NCBI GenBank assembly: GCA_017463185.1
Contig: JAFTPS010000003.1
Location: 27,113-91,112, forward strand
DNA from: Alphaproteobacteria bacterium
GTDB taxonomy: Bacteria > Pseudomonadota > Alphaproteobacteria > Rs-D84
Direction of reading: 5' to 3'
DNA length: 64,000 bases
Shown: piece by piece, positions 8,675-20,000 of the stretch
Numbering within the stretch: the stretch's first letter is position 1
Layout: the number at the start of each line of letters is the position of its first letter
Translations under genes and position numbers: made by a program
The notes under the pieces: generated by a model
What the model was told of the DNA's origin: nothing
What the model saw: only the letters and a program-made list of their open reading frames with translations
Database searches by the model: none

Positions 8675-9089
8675 TTTGCCTTTCCTTTGTATTATAAAAA
8701 ATTAAATGCCGGGTTTTCTGGTGCCAGGTCCCCGGCCGACCCCGCAATCGCTAAAGCGAATGTGGTCAACAATTGCCAACCATATTCAAAGCCATATTAG
8801 GCAGCCATTGCAAGGCGAACATTGTCGTTCGCAGCGATTCTATCGCCATTCAGTTTTTAGTTAGTGTTTTACGACAACCATGTCGGATTCAATCTTTTGC
8901 CTTTATTTCGCCTGTCGAATCTATGTCAGCCCCATTTGCAAATATGACATCAATCATATCAGTAAATGGTGGAGCTGTGGGGTACCGCCCCCCAGTCCAA
9001 AACGATTATTCCACAAAGACTTCAGAATCATCACCGTTTACACGGCCGTATTATTATAGGCTTTTGGACTGGAAATTGCAAGTTTTTAA

Positions 9090-10611
<1,522 letters not shown>

Positions 10612-10681
10612 TTTTTTGCTTTTTTGCCAATTGTCTGCTAAGATTTTTCCAGAAACAAAAATCATAAAGGAGAACTATACA

Positions 10682-11305
10682 ATGGTATCATTAAAAGGTA
10701 CACAGACAGAAAAAAATCTGTTGATTGCATTTGCTGGTGAATCCCAGGCGCGTAACCGCTATTGCTTTTATGCGTCTCAGGCAAAAAAGGAAGGGTATCA
10801 GGCGATTTCTAAAATCTTTTTGGAAACAGCAGAACAGGAAAAAGAACACGCATCCCGTTTGTTTAAATTTCTGGAAGGTGGCGATTTGGAAATTACAGCA
10901 TCTTTTCCAGCGGGCAAAATTGGTAATACTTTGGAAAATCTGAATGCCGCCGCATATGGCGAACACGAAGAAAATACCGATATGTATCCAAAATTTGCAC
11001 AAATTGCCGCCCAGGAAGGTTTTCCGGCAATTGCAGAAATTCTGAAAAACATCGGCTATGCGGAACGCTATCACGAATCTCGTTTCCGTGCATTGATTGA
11101 AGCAATTGAAAATGGTACTTTGTTCAAACAGGACAAAATCGTTATGTGGCGTTGCACAAACTGTGGTATGTGGCATATTGGGACCGAGGCCCCGAAAGTA
11201 TGCCCGGCGTGCCTGCACGAACAAGGGTATTTCATCAGCGAAGGCACTACATCCCGTTGCGACACGAACGAAGGTTTCTGTGAATATAGTGTGATTGATG
11301 AATAA
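10682..11305 (+). CDS. rbr: rubrerythrin (ferritin-like diiron domain + C-terminal rubredoxin-like CxxC..CxxC)
   Basis: MVSLKGTQTEKNLLIAFAGESQARNRY..EQEKEHA...YGEHEE...WRCTNCGMWHIGTEAPKVCPAC; RBS aaaggaga before 10682. Confidence 0.85.
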   Translation: MVSLKGTQTEKNLLIAFAGESQARNRYCFYASQAKKEGYQAISKIFLETAEQEKEHASRLFKFLEGGDLEITASFPAGKIGNTLENLNAAAYGEHEENTDMYPKFAQIAAQEGFPAIAEILKNIGYAERYHESRFRALIEAIENGTLFKQDKIVMWRCTNCGMWHIGTEAPKVCPACLHEQGYFISEGTTSRCDTNEGFCEYSVIDE

Positions 11306-11314
11306 AAAAACACA

Positions 11315-11340
11315 AACGCCCAATTGGGCGTTTATTTCTT
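11315..11340 (+). terminator. intrinsic terminator
   Basis: aaacgcccaattgggcgtttatttcttt. Confidence 0.6.
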
Positions 11341-11397
11341 TACTGTTTTTTAGGTTTTCATAAACCTTGAATATTTTATAAAACGTATTATATTTAT

Positions 11398-13161
11398 TTG
11401 GCAATGAAACAATATATTTTACCTCTTCGTGATTTGGTGGTGCATCCGGGGCTGACTGTGCCGGTGTACATTGATAATCCTGTGTCTGTATCGTGCCTGA
11501 AAGGGGCCGCGGCGGCGGACCGCCGTATTGTCTTGGTGCCACAGCACAGTTGGACCTATCCGACCACGCCCGACGACATTTACAATGTTGGCACGGTTGG
11601 CGACATTATCCAAGTTTTGCACATGCCCGATGGGGCGGTACATGCAATTGTTTGCACAACCGCGGCGGTCACGCTGGGGAATATAGAAGTGACAGATGGC
11701 CTGTTTACGGCGGACGCCACACCAATTGAAATTGCGACCGATGAAACCGCGCCGGAAACAATTGCGTTGCGTGATATGATTGCGGAAAATGTCCAGGCCA
11801 TGTCGTCGGTGCGTAAATTCAAAATGGATAAATTGCGCAGTGTGGTAAATAACTATCCCCTGCCCGCGTTTGTGGATTCTGTGGTTCAAATGATGGACAT
11901 TGATACCGATAATGCATTAAAGATTTTATGCGCGCCGTCATGGCGGGACAAATTGATTCTGTTGTTGGAACAGATTAAATTGATGGGTGAAACCGCTAAA
12001 ATAGAAGATTCTATAAATCGTCGTATTCACCAGCAAATGGAAAACGGCCGACGCGAAGCTATTTTACAGGAAAAAATGCGTGCCCTGCAAAAGGAAATGG
12101 GTGAAGACAGCGAGGAAATGGATTCCGAAAATATTCGCAAGCGGATTGTAAAATCGTCTATGCCGACCGAGGCCAAAGAAAAAGCAATGAGCGAATGGAA
12201 GCGTATGCGGTCGTTGTCGCCTATGTCAAATGAGGGCGGATTATTAAAAACATATTTAGACGAATTGTTGGCTATGCCATGGGGTAAAATGGACACAATT
12301 CCAATTGATTTGAATGTGGCGCGAAATGTTTTAGATTCCGAGCATTCCGGAATGACTGGCGTTAAAGAACGAATTTTGGAACACATTGCCGTTATGAAAA
12401 AAACTGGCGGCAACCAGGGCAGTATTTTATGTTTTGTTGGCGCACCGGGTGTGGGTAAGACTTCGCTGGGTAAATCAATTGCTGCGGCGTTGGGACGCAA
12501 GTATCAGCGAATTTCCCTGGGCGGTATTTCTGACGAGGCGCATTTCCGTGGTCATCGCAAGACCTATATTGGCGCACAGACTGGGCGTATTATGGATGCG
12601 TTAAAGCGTTGCAAAACAAACAATCCCGTGATTGTTCTGGATGAAATTGATAAAATGGGCCGCGATTGGCGTGGCGACCCGGAAAGTGCCCTGTTGGAAA
12701 TTCTGGACCCAGAACAGAACAAGACTTTCCGCGACCATTATTTAGAGGTGGATTTTGACCTGTCCAATGTGTTGTTTATTGCGACTGCAAACAGTCTGAA
12801 TTTATCCAATGCATTAAAGGACCGTATGGAAATTATTGAAATTCCGGGCTATTCAATTGATGATAAGGTTAAAATTGCACGTGAACATCTGATTGCGCGG
12901 GCAGCCCGTGATACTGGGTGGAATCCGGATGATATTGTAATCTTTGACGATGCAATTCGTCATATAATTCAAAACTATACATCCGAACAGGGGGTGCGTG
13001 AATTGCAACGTGAACTGACCGCGATTTTGCGTCGTGCATTGCTGGAAAACGATTGTGCGGATGTACGGACTGAATTTACCCCGGCCAAGATTGATGAATT
13101 GTTGTCGGTGCGTAAATCGGCCGGATTTTCCAAGAAAATTGGCTTTGGGGTACGGTTATGA
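11398..13161 (+). CDS. Lon-like ATPase: Lon N-domain + AAA+ module, no S16 protease domain
   Basis: LPLRDLVVHPGLTVPVYI (Lon N), Walker A GAPGVGKTSLGKSIA, Walker B VIVLDEIDKM, sensor/arginine finger regions align with E. coli Lon 1-585; ORF stops (..KIGFGVRL*) exactly where the protease domain would start and tsaB begins 4 nt earlier. Confidence 0.7.
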   Translation: MAMKQYILPLRDLVVHPGLTVPVYIDNPVSVSCLKGAAAADRRIVLVPQHSWTYPTTPDDIYNVGTVGDIIQVLHMPDGAVHAIVCTTAAVTLGNIEVTDGLFTADATPIEIATDETAPETIALRDMIAENVQAMSSVRKFKMDKLRSVVNNYPLPAFVDSVVQMMDIDTDNALKILCAPSWRDKLILLLEQIKLMGETAKIEDSINRRIHQQMENGRREAILQEKMRALQKEMGEDSEEMDSENIRKRIVKSSMPTEAKEKAMSEWKRMRSLSPMSNEGGLLKTYLDELLAMPWGKMDTIPIDLNVARNVLDSEHSGMTGVKERILEHIAVMKKTGGNQGSILCFVGAPGVGKTSLGKSIAAALGRKYQRISLGGISDEAHFRGHRKTYIGAQTGRIMDALKRCKTNNPVIVLDEIDKMGRDWRGDPESALLEILDPEQNKTFRDHYLEVDFDLSNVLFIATANSLNLSNALKDRMEIIEIPGYSIDDKVKIAREHLIARAARDTGWNPDDIVIFDDAIRHIIQNYTSEQGVRELQRELTAILRRALLENDCADVRTEFTPAKIDELLSVRKSAGFSKKIGFGVRL

Positions 13162-13700
13162 TTTTGCTGATAAATACATCTGGGGGAAATTTAGAATTTG
13201 TATTGGGCAATAAATACAAATCGGTTACTGTGGAAAAACAGTCAATCGCCCTGCCCGCTGAGTGCGAAAAATTCATTGATGAGTGTGGCGTAAAGTGGTC
13301 CGATTTACGGGCAATCGGTGTGGTTGTTGGTCCGGGCAGTTTTACAGGGATACGTTTGGGCATCGCGTATGCTAAGGGTTTGGCAATGGGATTGAATATT
13401 CCCATTGTGGGGATTAGTGCATTTGATTTGTATCTGGCCGAGACACCAGATGCGTTTGTAGCAATAGAATCGGGACGCGGTGACTTCTTTGTTGGGGCGG
13501 CGGATTTTGCGCCGTGTACTATGGGAATTGATGAATTGGAAACTAAACAGATGGAATGGCCCCGCACCGTCGGTCATCGGCCATTTGATTTGAAATTAGG
13601 CGTGCAAATAGTGGAACAAAAAATTGCCGCTGGTGATATAGCACCCGCGGTGCCAATGTATCTGCGCCCCAGTTATGCAGAAGAAAATAAAGGTAAATAA
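13158..13700 (+). CDS. tsaB: tRNA threonylcarbamoyladenosine biosynthesis protein TsaB
   Basis: ..AIGVVVGPGSFTGIRLGIAYAKGLA.. TsaB/YeaZ signature. Confidence 0.7.
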   Translation: MILLINTSGGNLEFVLGNKYKSVTVEKQSIALPAECEKFIDECGVKWSDLRAIGVVVGPGSFTGIRLGIAYAKGLAMGLNIPIVGISAFDLYLAETPDAFVAIESGRGDFFVGAADFAPCTMGIDELETKQMEWPRTVGHRPFDLKLGVQIVEQKIAAGDIAPAVPMYLRPSYAEENKGK

Positions 13701-13701
13701 T

Positions 13702-14013
13702 ATGACAAATATGTTTAAGAAATTCTTTTTGCCAGAATATCAACTGCAAGTTTTGGATACAATAAAAAAGTATACAATATATTGTACAGGGAATAATGAA
13801 TTTACAATCAGTGACAAAGGGGTATATATTTCCGTTGTGCGTATGGAAACCACAAATTCGCGTCATCCAATTCTTATCAGATTGTATATGAACGATTTTA
13901 ATAATGGTTCAGCGATTCCAATTGATACATACGAACATAATACAGAATTTGCCAATATGGTATATAATAAAATGTTAAATACATACAAAAAGAATAATCG
14001 CCGTGCTAGATAA
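13702..14013 (+). CDS. hypothetical protein
   Basis: 104-aa ORF between tsaB and rimI, Asn/Lys-rich, no known motif. Confidence 0.3.
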   Translation: MTNMFKKFFLPEYQLQVLDTIKKYTIYCTGNNEFTISDKGVYISVVRMETTNSRHPILIRLYMNDFNNGSAIPIDTYEHNTEFANMVYNKMLNTYKKNNRRAR

Positions 14014-14389
14014 TCTGGCAAATCTTCATAAACTTTGTTTCCCGGACAAGCCCTGGGCGGCGGAAGAGTTCGCGGATTTAAAAAAATCTGGATGTGAAAT
14101 TATCGCCAGTCAGAATGGCTTTATTGTTTATCGCGCTGTTGCTGATGAAGCAGAAATAATTACCATAGGGGTTCATCCAGAGGCTCGGCGGGGCGGAATT
14201 GCGGTCGCAATGCTTGGGATTATGGAAGCGGACTTGAAAAAACAGGGTGTGAAACATATATTTCTTGAGGTGGCGGCGGACAATTCGCCGGCCCGTGCGC
14301 TGTACGAACAGAATGGGTTTGTAAAAATTGGCGTGCGCCCAAAATATTATGACGGCATAGATGCCGTTATGATGAGGAAAGATATATGA
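14003..14389 (+). CDS. rimI: ribosomal-protein-alanine N-acetyltransferase (GNAT)
   Basis: GNAT motifs ..ITIGVHPEARRGGIAVAML.. and ..NSPARALYEQNGF..; classic tsaB-rimI adjacency. Confidence 0.65.
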   Translation: MLDNLANLHKLCFPDKPWAAEEFADLKKSGCEIIASQNGFIVYRAVADEAEIITIGVHPEARRGGIAVAMLGIMEADLKKQGVKHIFLEVAADNSPARALYEQNGFVKIGVRPKYYDGIDAVMMRKDI

Positions 14390-15468
14390 ACATAAAATAT
14401 ATTCCCAGCTCAGCCGGCGTTATCAAGGCTGTGGCACGTACAGATGAAAATATTTATGGCACGCAAGAGGTGGATAAAATCGTCCCGGGTGTTCCGGCGA
14501 TTGTTGTACTGGGTGGGGAATTGACCTATGTCCCGAGATTTGCTAATCATTATATAAAACAGATAAAACGTGTGTTGGCGGAAAATAATGTTAGCGGAAC
14601 AGATATATACTCGGTCTTTTATGAATTCGGGTCACGTGATGCGGCGTTGGAACGCATTCAAATGTTTCAAGCGGCACGACACAAAGTACAAAATTCAAAT
14701 CGTCCAGCAGATGTTGTTGCCTGCAAGATGCAACATATGCAGTCTACCGAGCCAACCGCAAATTATATAAAGCAATTGTATAAAGCTTTAATTCATCCAA
14801 TACTAGTATTGGACACCGCAGGTGTCCAACCGAATGTGGTGGCAACATTACAAAATGCATCAAAGTTGCGATTTTATTGCCATTCGCACGGCGCAGCTGT
14901 GGCACGAATGCTGGGCAATCTGATGCGAGACGAAATGTTAAATATGGGGTTCAAAGCATCTGATATAAAACAAATACAGCAAAGTATTGTGGTTATTCAG
15001 CACGGTCCAATTGTACCACTAGAATATCCGTATTTTACAACATTATCATTTATGTCGGCTTCGGATACCCGAATGAACTTTCATAACGCTTTTTCAAAAT
15101 ATGCATCAGAAAACAGCGAAAATATATACCCCAGTTATTTTCCCCAAGCGGGGGCGCATTTGTTTGTTGCGGGACAAATAAGCCGGAATTTTGGGAACGA
15201 ACACGATAATATCGGATTGGCAAAAGAAGAATTTCAAACCCTGACCGATGATGGCCGCATTATATTTGCCGCAGAAAGAAATGCGATTACAAACGCTGTA
15301 AAAACGGCTATTGCGGGTGTAAAAGTGCCATCTGTACGTGAATTAGTCAGTGGCCCAGGGGTTGATTTTAATGAACTGGTTTGTAATGGCGAATGGTTTT
15401 ATAAATTGATGATGACGGAACTTAAACAGTTGCGTCAACAAAATCTAAAACACGTGAATCAAAAATAA
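14386..15468 (+). CDS. hypothetical protein (possible alpha/beta-hydrolase-like CHSHG elbow)
   Basis: 360-aa ORF overlapping rimI stop by 4 nt; no firm family assignment. Confidence 0.35.
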   Translation: MNIKYIPSSAGVIKAVARTDENIYGTQEVDKIVPGVPAIVVLGGELTYVPRFANHYIKQIKRVLAENNVSGTDIYSVFYEFGSRDAALERIQMFQAARHKVQNSNRPADVVACKMQHMQSTEPTANYIKQLYKALIHPILVLDTAGVQPNVVATLQNASKLRFYCHSHGAAVARMLGNLMRDEMLNMGFKASDIKQIQQSIVVIQHGPIVPLEYPYFTTLSFMSASDTRMNFHNAFSKYASENSENIYPSYFPQAGAHLFVAGQISRNFGNEHDNIGLAKEEFQTLTDDGRIIFAAERNAITNAVKTAIAGVKVPSVRELVSGPGVDFNELVCNGEWFYKLMMTELKQLRQQNLKHVNQK

Positions 15469-16696
15469 CATCGCGTGGGCGCAGTGGTGCGGCTATGTGC
15501 ATATCCGATGCACGACGGGTACGCGACAGGGCCACGTATGTTTGACCGTGGGCGAACGCCCCACGTGAAATATCCACCACAACCGCATCCAGGGTTTTGC
15601 CCTGGGCCTTGTGTATGGTCATTGCATAACCTAAACTTAGCGGGAATTGTTTGTATGAACCGACCTCTGATTCCACCAGGCGGTCGTTTTCATCGCGCGA
15701 GTATTCTATCTTTTCCCATTTATCGGGCTTTACGGAAACCAATTCACGCGAATCCGACAATAATTGTACCACAATTTCACGCGCCCCCAGGCTTTTTATT
15801 ATTCCCATTGAGCCATTATGCCATTTATCGCCATTTTTTACAAAAACAACCAATGCGCCAACTTTTAATGTCAGGCTTAGTGGTGCGGGGACATCGCGTT
15901 CAGAAAAATTACCCGACAAGACACCATTGTATATAACCTCGGGCTCTGGAATCTGGGCCAGTCGCGATGCATTTATACGTTCGGCCACGGCACGAAACGG
16001 CGTGATAAGAACCGCGTTCGCGCGACGGGCCGCGTCATCTATGCGGCACGTATTGAAAAAATCCAGTGCGCCCGCATCATTTCCCCGCAATCGCACCAAA
16101 TTTTCCAACAGTGGCCCATCATTCTGGCGATAAACCAAATCAAAATTGTATTTTATAAAATCCGCGCGTTTGTACGCATTGCTGTCAAAAAAATATGCGT
16201 TTGGATGTCCGTATTCAGATGTATAGTACTGGGTTGCTTCGCGTGTGATAACGGGTGGCAATTGGAACAAATCACCAATTGCAACAATTTGGATTCCGCC
16301 AAACGGTTCATTGTTGCGTCGCGCCTGACGGGCCAGTATATCAATCGCATCCAGCAAATCAGGCGCAACCATTGATATTTCATCAATAATTAAAACATCG
16401 GTTGCATTCAGGATATTGCGGGTTTTAGCCTTTAATTTCAAAAATTCGGGCAGGATAAAATCACGCGGTTGAATCTGGAACAACGAATGAATCGTCTGTC
16501 CCCCTACATTCAGGGCCGAAACCGCCGTCGGGCAAGCACAAACTATGCGTTTTTTTGATGCTGCTTTCAGGTAATTTACAAATGTAGACTTTCCCGTTCC
16601 CGCCGGCCCCAGAATCAACAGATTTGAATTTGTGCGTTCCACGGCGTTAAACGCCGCCATTTGTGTTTCGCTTAAAATTTGGACCAATTCGCTCAT
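15422..16696 (-). CDS. Pif1/RecD-family ATP-dependent DNA helicase
   Basis: Walker A LILGPAGTGKST, Walker B LIIDEISMV, GDLFQLPPV motif; start MSELVQIL at 16696 chosen because longer track ORF would run through the tRNA-Met gene. Confidence 0.7.
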   Translation of the reverse strand: MSELVQILSETQMAAFNAVERTNSNLLILGPAGTGKSTFVNYLKAASKKRIVCACPTAVSALNVGGQTIHSLFQIQPRDFILPEFLKLKAKTRNILNATDVLIIDEISMVAPDLLDAIDILARQARRNNEPFGGIQIVAIGDLFQLPPVITREATQYYTSEYGHPNAYFFDSNAYKRADFIKYNFDLVYRQNDGPLLENLVRLRGNDAGALDFFNTCRIDDAARRANAVLITPFRAVAERINASRLAQIPEPEVIYNGVLSGNFSERDVPAPLSLTLKVGALVVFVKNGDKWHNGSMGIIKSLGAREIVVQLLSDSRELVSVKPDKWEKIEYSRDENDRLVESEVGSYKQFPLSLGYAMTIHKAQGKTLDAVVVDISRGAFAHGQTYVALSRTRRASDMHIAAPLRPRDVIFDSRVLDFVDATV

Positions 16697-16782
16697 AAAA
16701 TCTATGATTACATAAAAAGTTGATAAAGATAATAAAAAATTATCTTGCACGAAAATATAAAAGTATATATAATGTGCGCCGT

Positions 16783-16858
16783 GGGTTAGTAGCTCAGTGG
16801 TTAGAGCGGAGCGCTCATAACGCTTTGGTCGTGGGTTCAAGTCCTACCTAACCCACCA
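16783..16858 (+). tRNA. tRNA-Met (anticodon CAT; elongator or Ile-lysidine type)
   Basis: GGGTTAG...CTAACCC acceptor, anticodon stem AGCG/CGCT with loop CTCATAA, T-loop GGTTCAAGTCC, CCA encoded. Confidence 0.8.
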
Positions 16859-16863
16859 AGATT

Positions 16864-16893
16864 AAAAATCCGTCCCCTGGGCGGTTTTTTATT
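16864..16893 (+). terminator. intrinsic terminator after tRNA-Met
   Basis: aaaaatccgtcccctgggcggtttttt. Confidence 0.55.
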
Positions 16894-17026
16894 TATAAAT
16901 CCCGTATAGCCACTTATTTTTCTGTGTATGTTCATAAAAATACATGATTGATAAATATTCATATTATTTTTCCCTTGCGTAGGGTGCGGTAAATTTTCTA
17001 CCATTATTTACAAAAGAGAGGAAGTC

Positions 17027-20000
17027 ATGGAAAAAAAGCGCAGTTTCCTGGGATTTTTGGCAAGTTTATTTTTGGTATTTTTTACCGCCAATGCGTTCGC
17101 GGCGGGCTATTCGTGTCCTACATATAAGTTGTACACATCGTGTAGCGAGAATTATTTCTTGGCTGATACCGATGTGTCTGACAGTGCTACTTCGGCGGGA
17201 AATGCATGTTCGGCCTGTCCTGGAAATTCTACAAACACTGTTTCAACTGCGACATCCTGTACCTGTAAAACGGGGTATAGTGTTGGCGGTGCAACCACAA
17301 CGACTGGTACGGCGTGTTCGGCCAATACATACACCGTTACTTATAACAGTAACAAGCCAAGTGGTGCTTCTGGCACAATTAGTGGCAGCACAGCGAACAG
17401 CACTCATACATATGGCACGGCCAAGGCATTGACAACAAACGGGTACAGTTTGACCGGGTGGACGTTTGCAGGCTGGAATACCAAGGCGGACGGTACAGGT
17501 ACATCTTATGCAAATGGCGCAAGTGTAACGAACCTGACCAGTACTTATAATGGAACGGTCACGCTGTATGCGAAATGGACTGTGAATACATTGACCATAA
17601 ACTATAACACCAGCAGTGCAACCAGTGGTACGCCATCTGTGTCACAACAGACATGTTCTTATGACGGAGCATGTACAGCGGCAACCCAGGGTACTATGGT
17701 TAAAACCAAGATGGTGTTCCTTGGTTGGACCAAGACATCTGGTGGAACAACCGTTGATTATGCGGCGGATGCATCTATCAAGAACATAATCAGCAGTGGT
17801 TCAATAACACTGTATGCAGTGTGGAAAACGCCGACATGTTCTGCGACCAAGGGTACTGCGACGTTAAAGAGTGTAACCAACAACACGCCAGTGTGTACTA
17901 TTACCTGTTCTACTGGGTACACTCAGGGCGGTGGCACGAATGCAACTGGGACGTTTGAAGTAAACGGTTCTGCCGGTGCAACCAGTGCAAGTGGCACATG
18001 TAAAGCGATTACATTTACAGTTGCATACACCAAAGACCCAAGTTCTGCAACGGGTACGGTTCCAAGTAATCAGACATGTACGTATGATGGCACATGTACT
18101 GCGGCGACGAATCCATTCTCTCATACGGGCTATATGTTTAACAAGTGGTCTTGTACCGCCAGCAGTGGCAGTTGCGCCGCCAGCACATATGCATCGGGTG
18201 ATAGTCTGAAAAATGCAACATCTGTTGCAGGTGCGACGATTACTCTGAAATCTACTTGGGATGCGAACACCATTACCCTGAACTGGGCAAATGGCGGACA
18301 TGGTACAGCGCCGACCAGTCCCGCATCGTGTAAGTATGACAGCACATTCACCATGCCGGCCGCGATGACCGCAACGGGTTATACATTTAATAAGTGGTCT
18401 GTGAATGGCAAAACGTTCAATGCGGGTACAACCGGTGTTGCGTGTACCAGTGCCAATCTGGGGGTAAGCAGTGGAGCCGTCACAATTACAGGTACCTGGA
18501 CCGCAAACAACTATTCCATTAGCCTGGACAATGCAAGCGCGACAAATAATGGGACAGCGACCATTTACACCACATATAAAACAAATGTGTATTTGGACGA
18601 CGCGCGCAGCAAGGCTATGACAGCATCCGCGAATGCTATCACAGAACCGACGCGCGCGTACACGGTCACATATGATGGCAATGGTGGTTCGGTGTCCGCA
18701 ACCAGTGCGACGGCAACATATACATTCAATGGTTATTACAATACGTCCAGCAATGGCACACAATACATTAACTCAAACGGGAATATCACATCCGATGGTT
18801 TGAACGCAGCTAAGGATGTGGATGATAATACAACAACCTGGTACGCACAATGGACCAGTAAATCTGTGACATTGCCAACACCGACCAGAACGGGCTATAC
18901 ATTTAAAGGCTGGGCAGAATCCTCAACCGCGACCGGTGGAGATACGGGTTCATATACCCCGACCAAGAATGTCACATTATATGCAATCTGGTCGCAGAAT
19001 ACCTATGCTGTCGCCTATTCCTGTGGTGATGGAGCTGGGACCGCCCCCAGTTCCACGACCGCGACATATGACAACTCATTTACACCGGCGGCTAACACAT
19101 GCACACGCAGTGGATATAACTTTGCCGGATGGACGGTAAGTGGCACAAGTGATACCAAGACCGCAGGTTCGGCATTTACTTGGACATATACTGAGGGCAA
19201 AACATTTACCGCCAAATGGACAGCCGAGGGCGAGGCGGAAATCAACTATGTCACAAATGGTGGCACAATCAATGGTTCGTACATGGCGGCGTGTAATGTT
19301 GAAACAGCAACATTTAGTTTGCCGACAGATGTCACAAAACCGGGTTATACATTTAATGGATGGTACACCGCATCCACTGGTGGGACCAAGGTGACAAGTG
19401 TTGTAAAGGGCACATGCACATCCGCGCTGACATACTATGCACAATGGACCGCATGCGACAGCACAACCGCGGGTGCTTGTAATTGTACCAGCAGTCAATA
19501 TCCAGACAATGGGACATGTACAAATTGTTCGCACAGCTGTGCCAGCGTCACTGGATATACACTGGGTACATATAATGTATGTGAGGCGGAAACGGATTTA
19601 TGGTGTTATCGCAATTGTACAACCACTGATATTCCAAATTCTACCGGTGTGTCTGGGATTGTTACTAAGGGCGGAAAAATTTTATGTGCAGCAACGACGT
19701 GTGCAGATGATTTCTATATATCAGGCAGTGGCTGTCAGTCATGTCCAGAAAATGCGACATGCGGGGGCGAAGCCGAATGGTCATGTGATGAGGGATATAA
19801 AAAGACCGCCAATGGCCTGGGGTGTGAACCAAATACATACACCGTCACATTGAATGCGAATGGTGGTACGGGTGGGACTGCGTCCGTCACGGCAACTTAT
19901 AACAGCCTGTTGCAAACGGCGACTATGCCAGAGCGCGACAACTATAACTTCCTGGGGTACTATGATACGGATGCAACCACGGGTGGCAATCAGTATTATG

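Noticed and set aside
10691-11542. 283-aa antisense ORF across rubrerythrin and the lon promoter region
   Set aside because: It overlaps a strongly supported rubrerythrin gene and spans a terminator; its composition is low-complexity.
12027-12500. 157-aa antisense ORF within lon
   Set aside because: It overlaps the conserved AAA+ coding region of lon.
15422-15468. 47-nt convergent overlap between the 360-aa hypothetical gene and the helicase gene as a sign of assembly error
   Set aside because: Convergent 3' overlaps of this size occur naturally; both reading frames are clean.
15422-16840. Longer version of the helicase ORF starting at 16840 (MNPRPKRYERSALTTELLTHGA...)
   Set aside because: The extra 48 codons are the reverse complement of the tRNA-Met gene and its flank. 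A good internal start (MSELVQIL, 16696) fits the helicase N-terminus.
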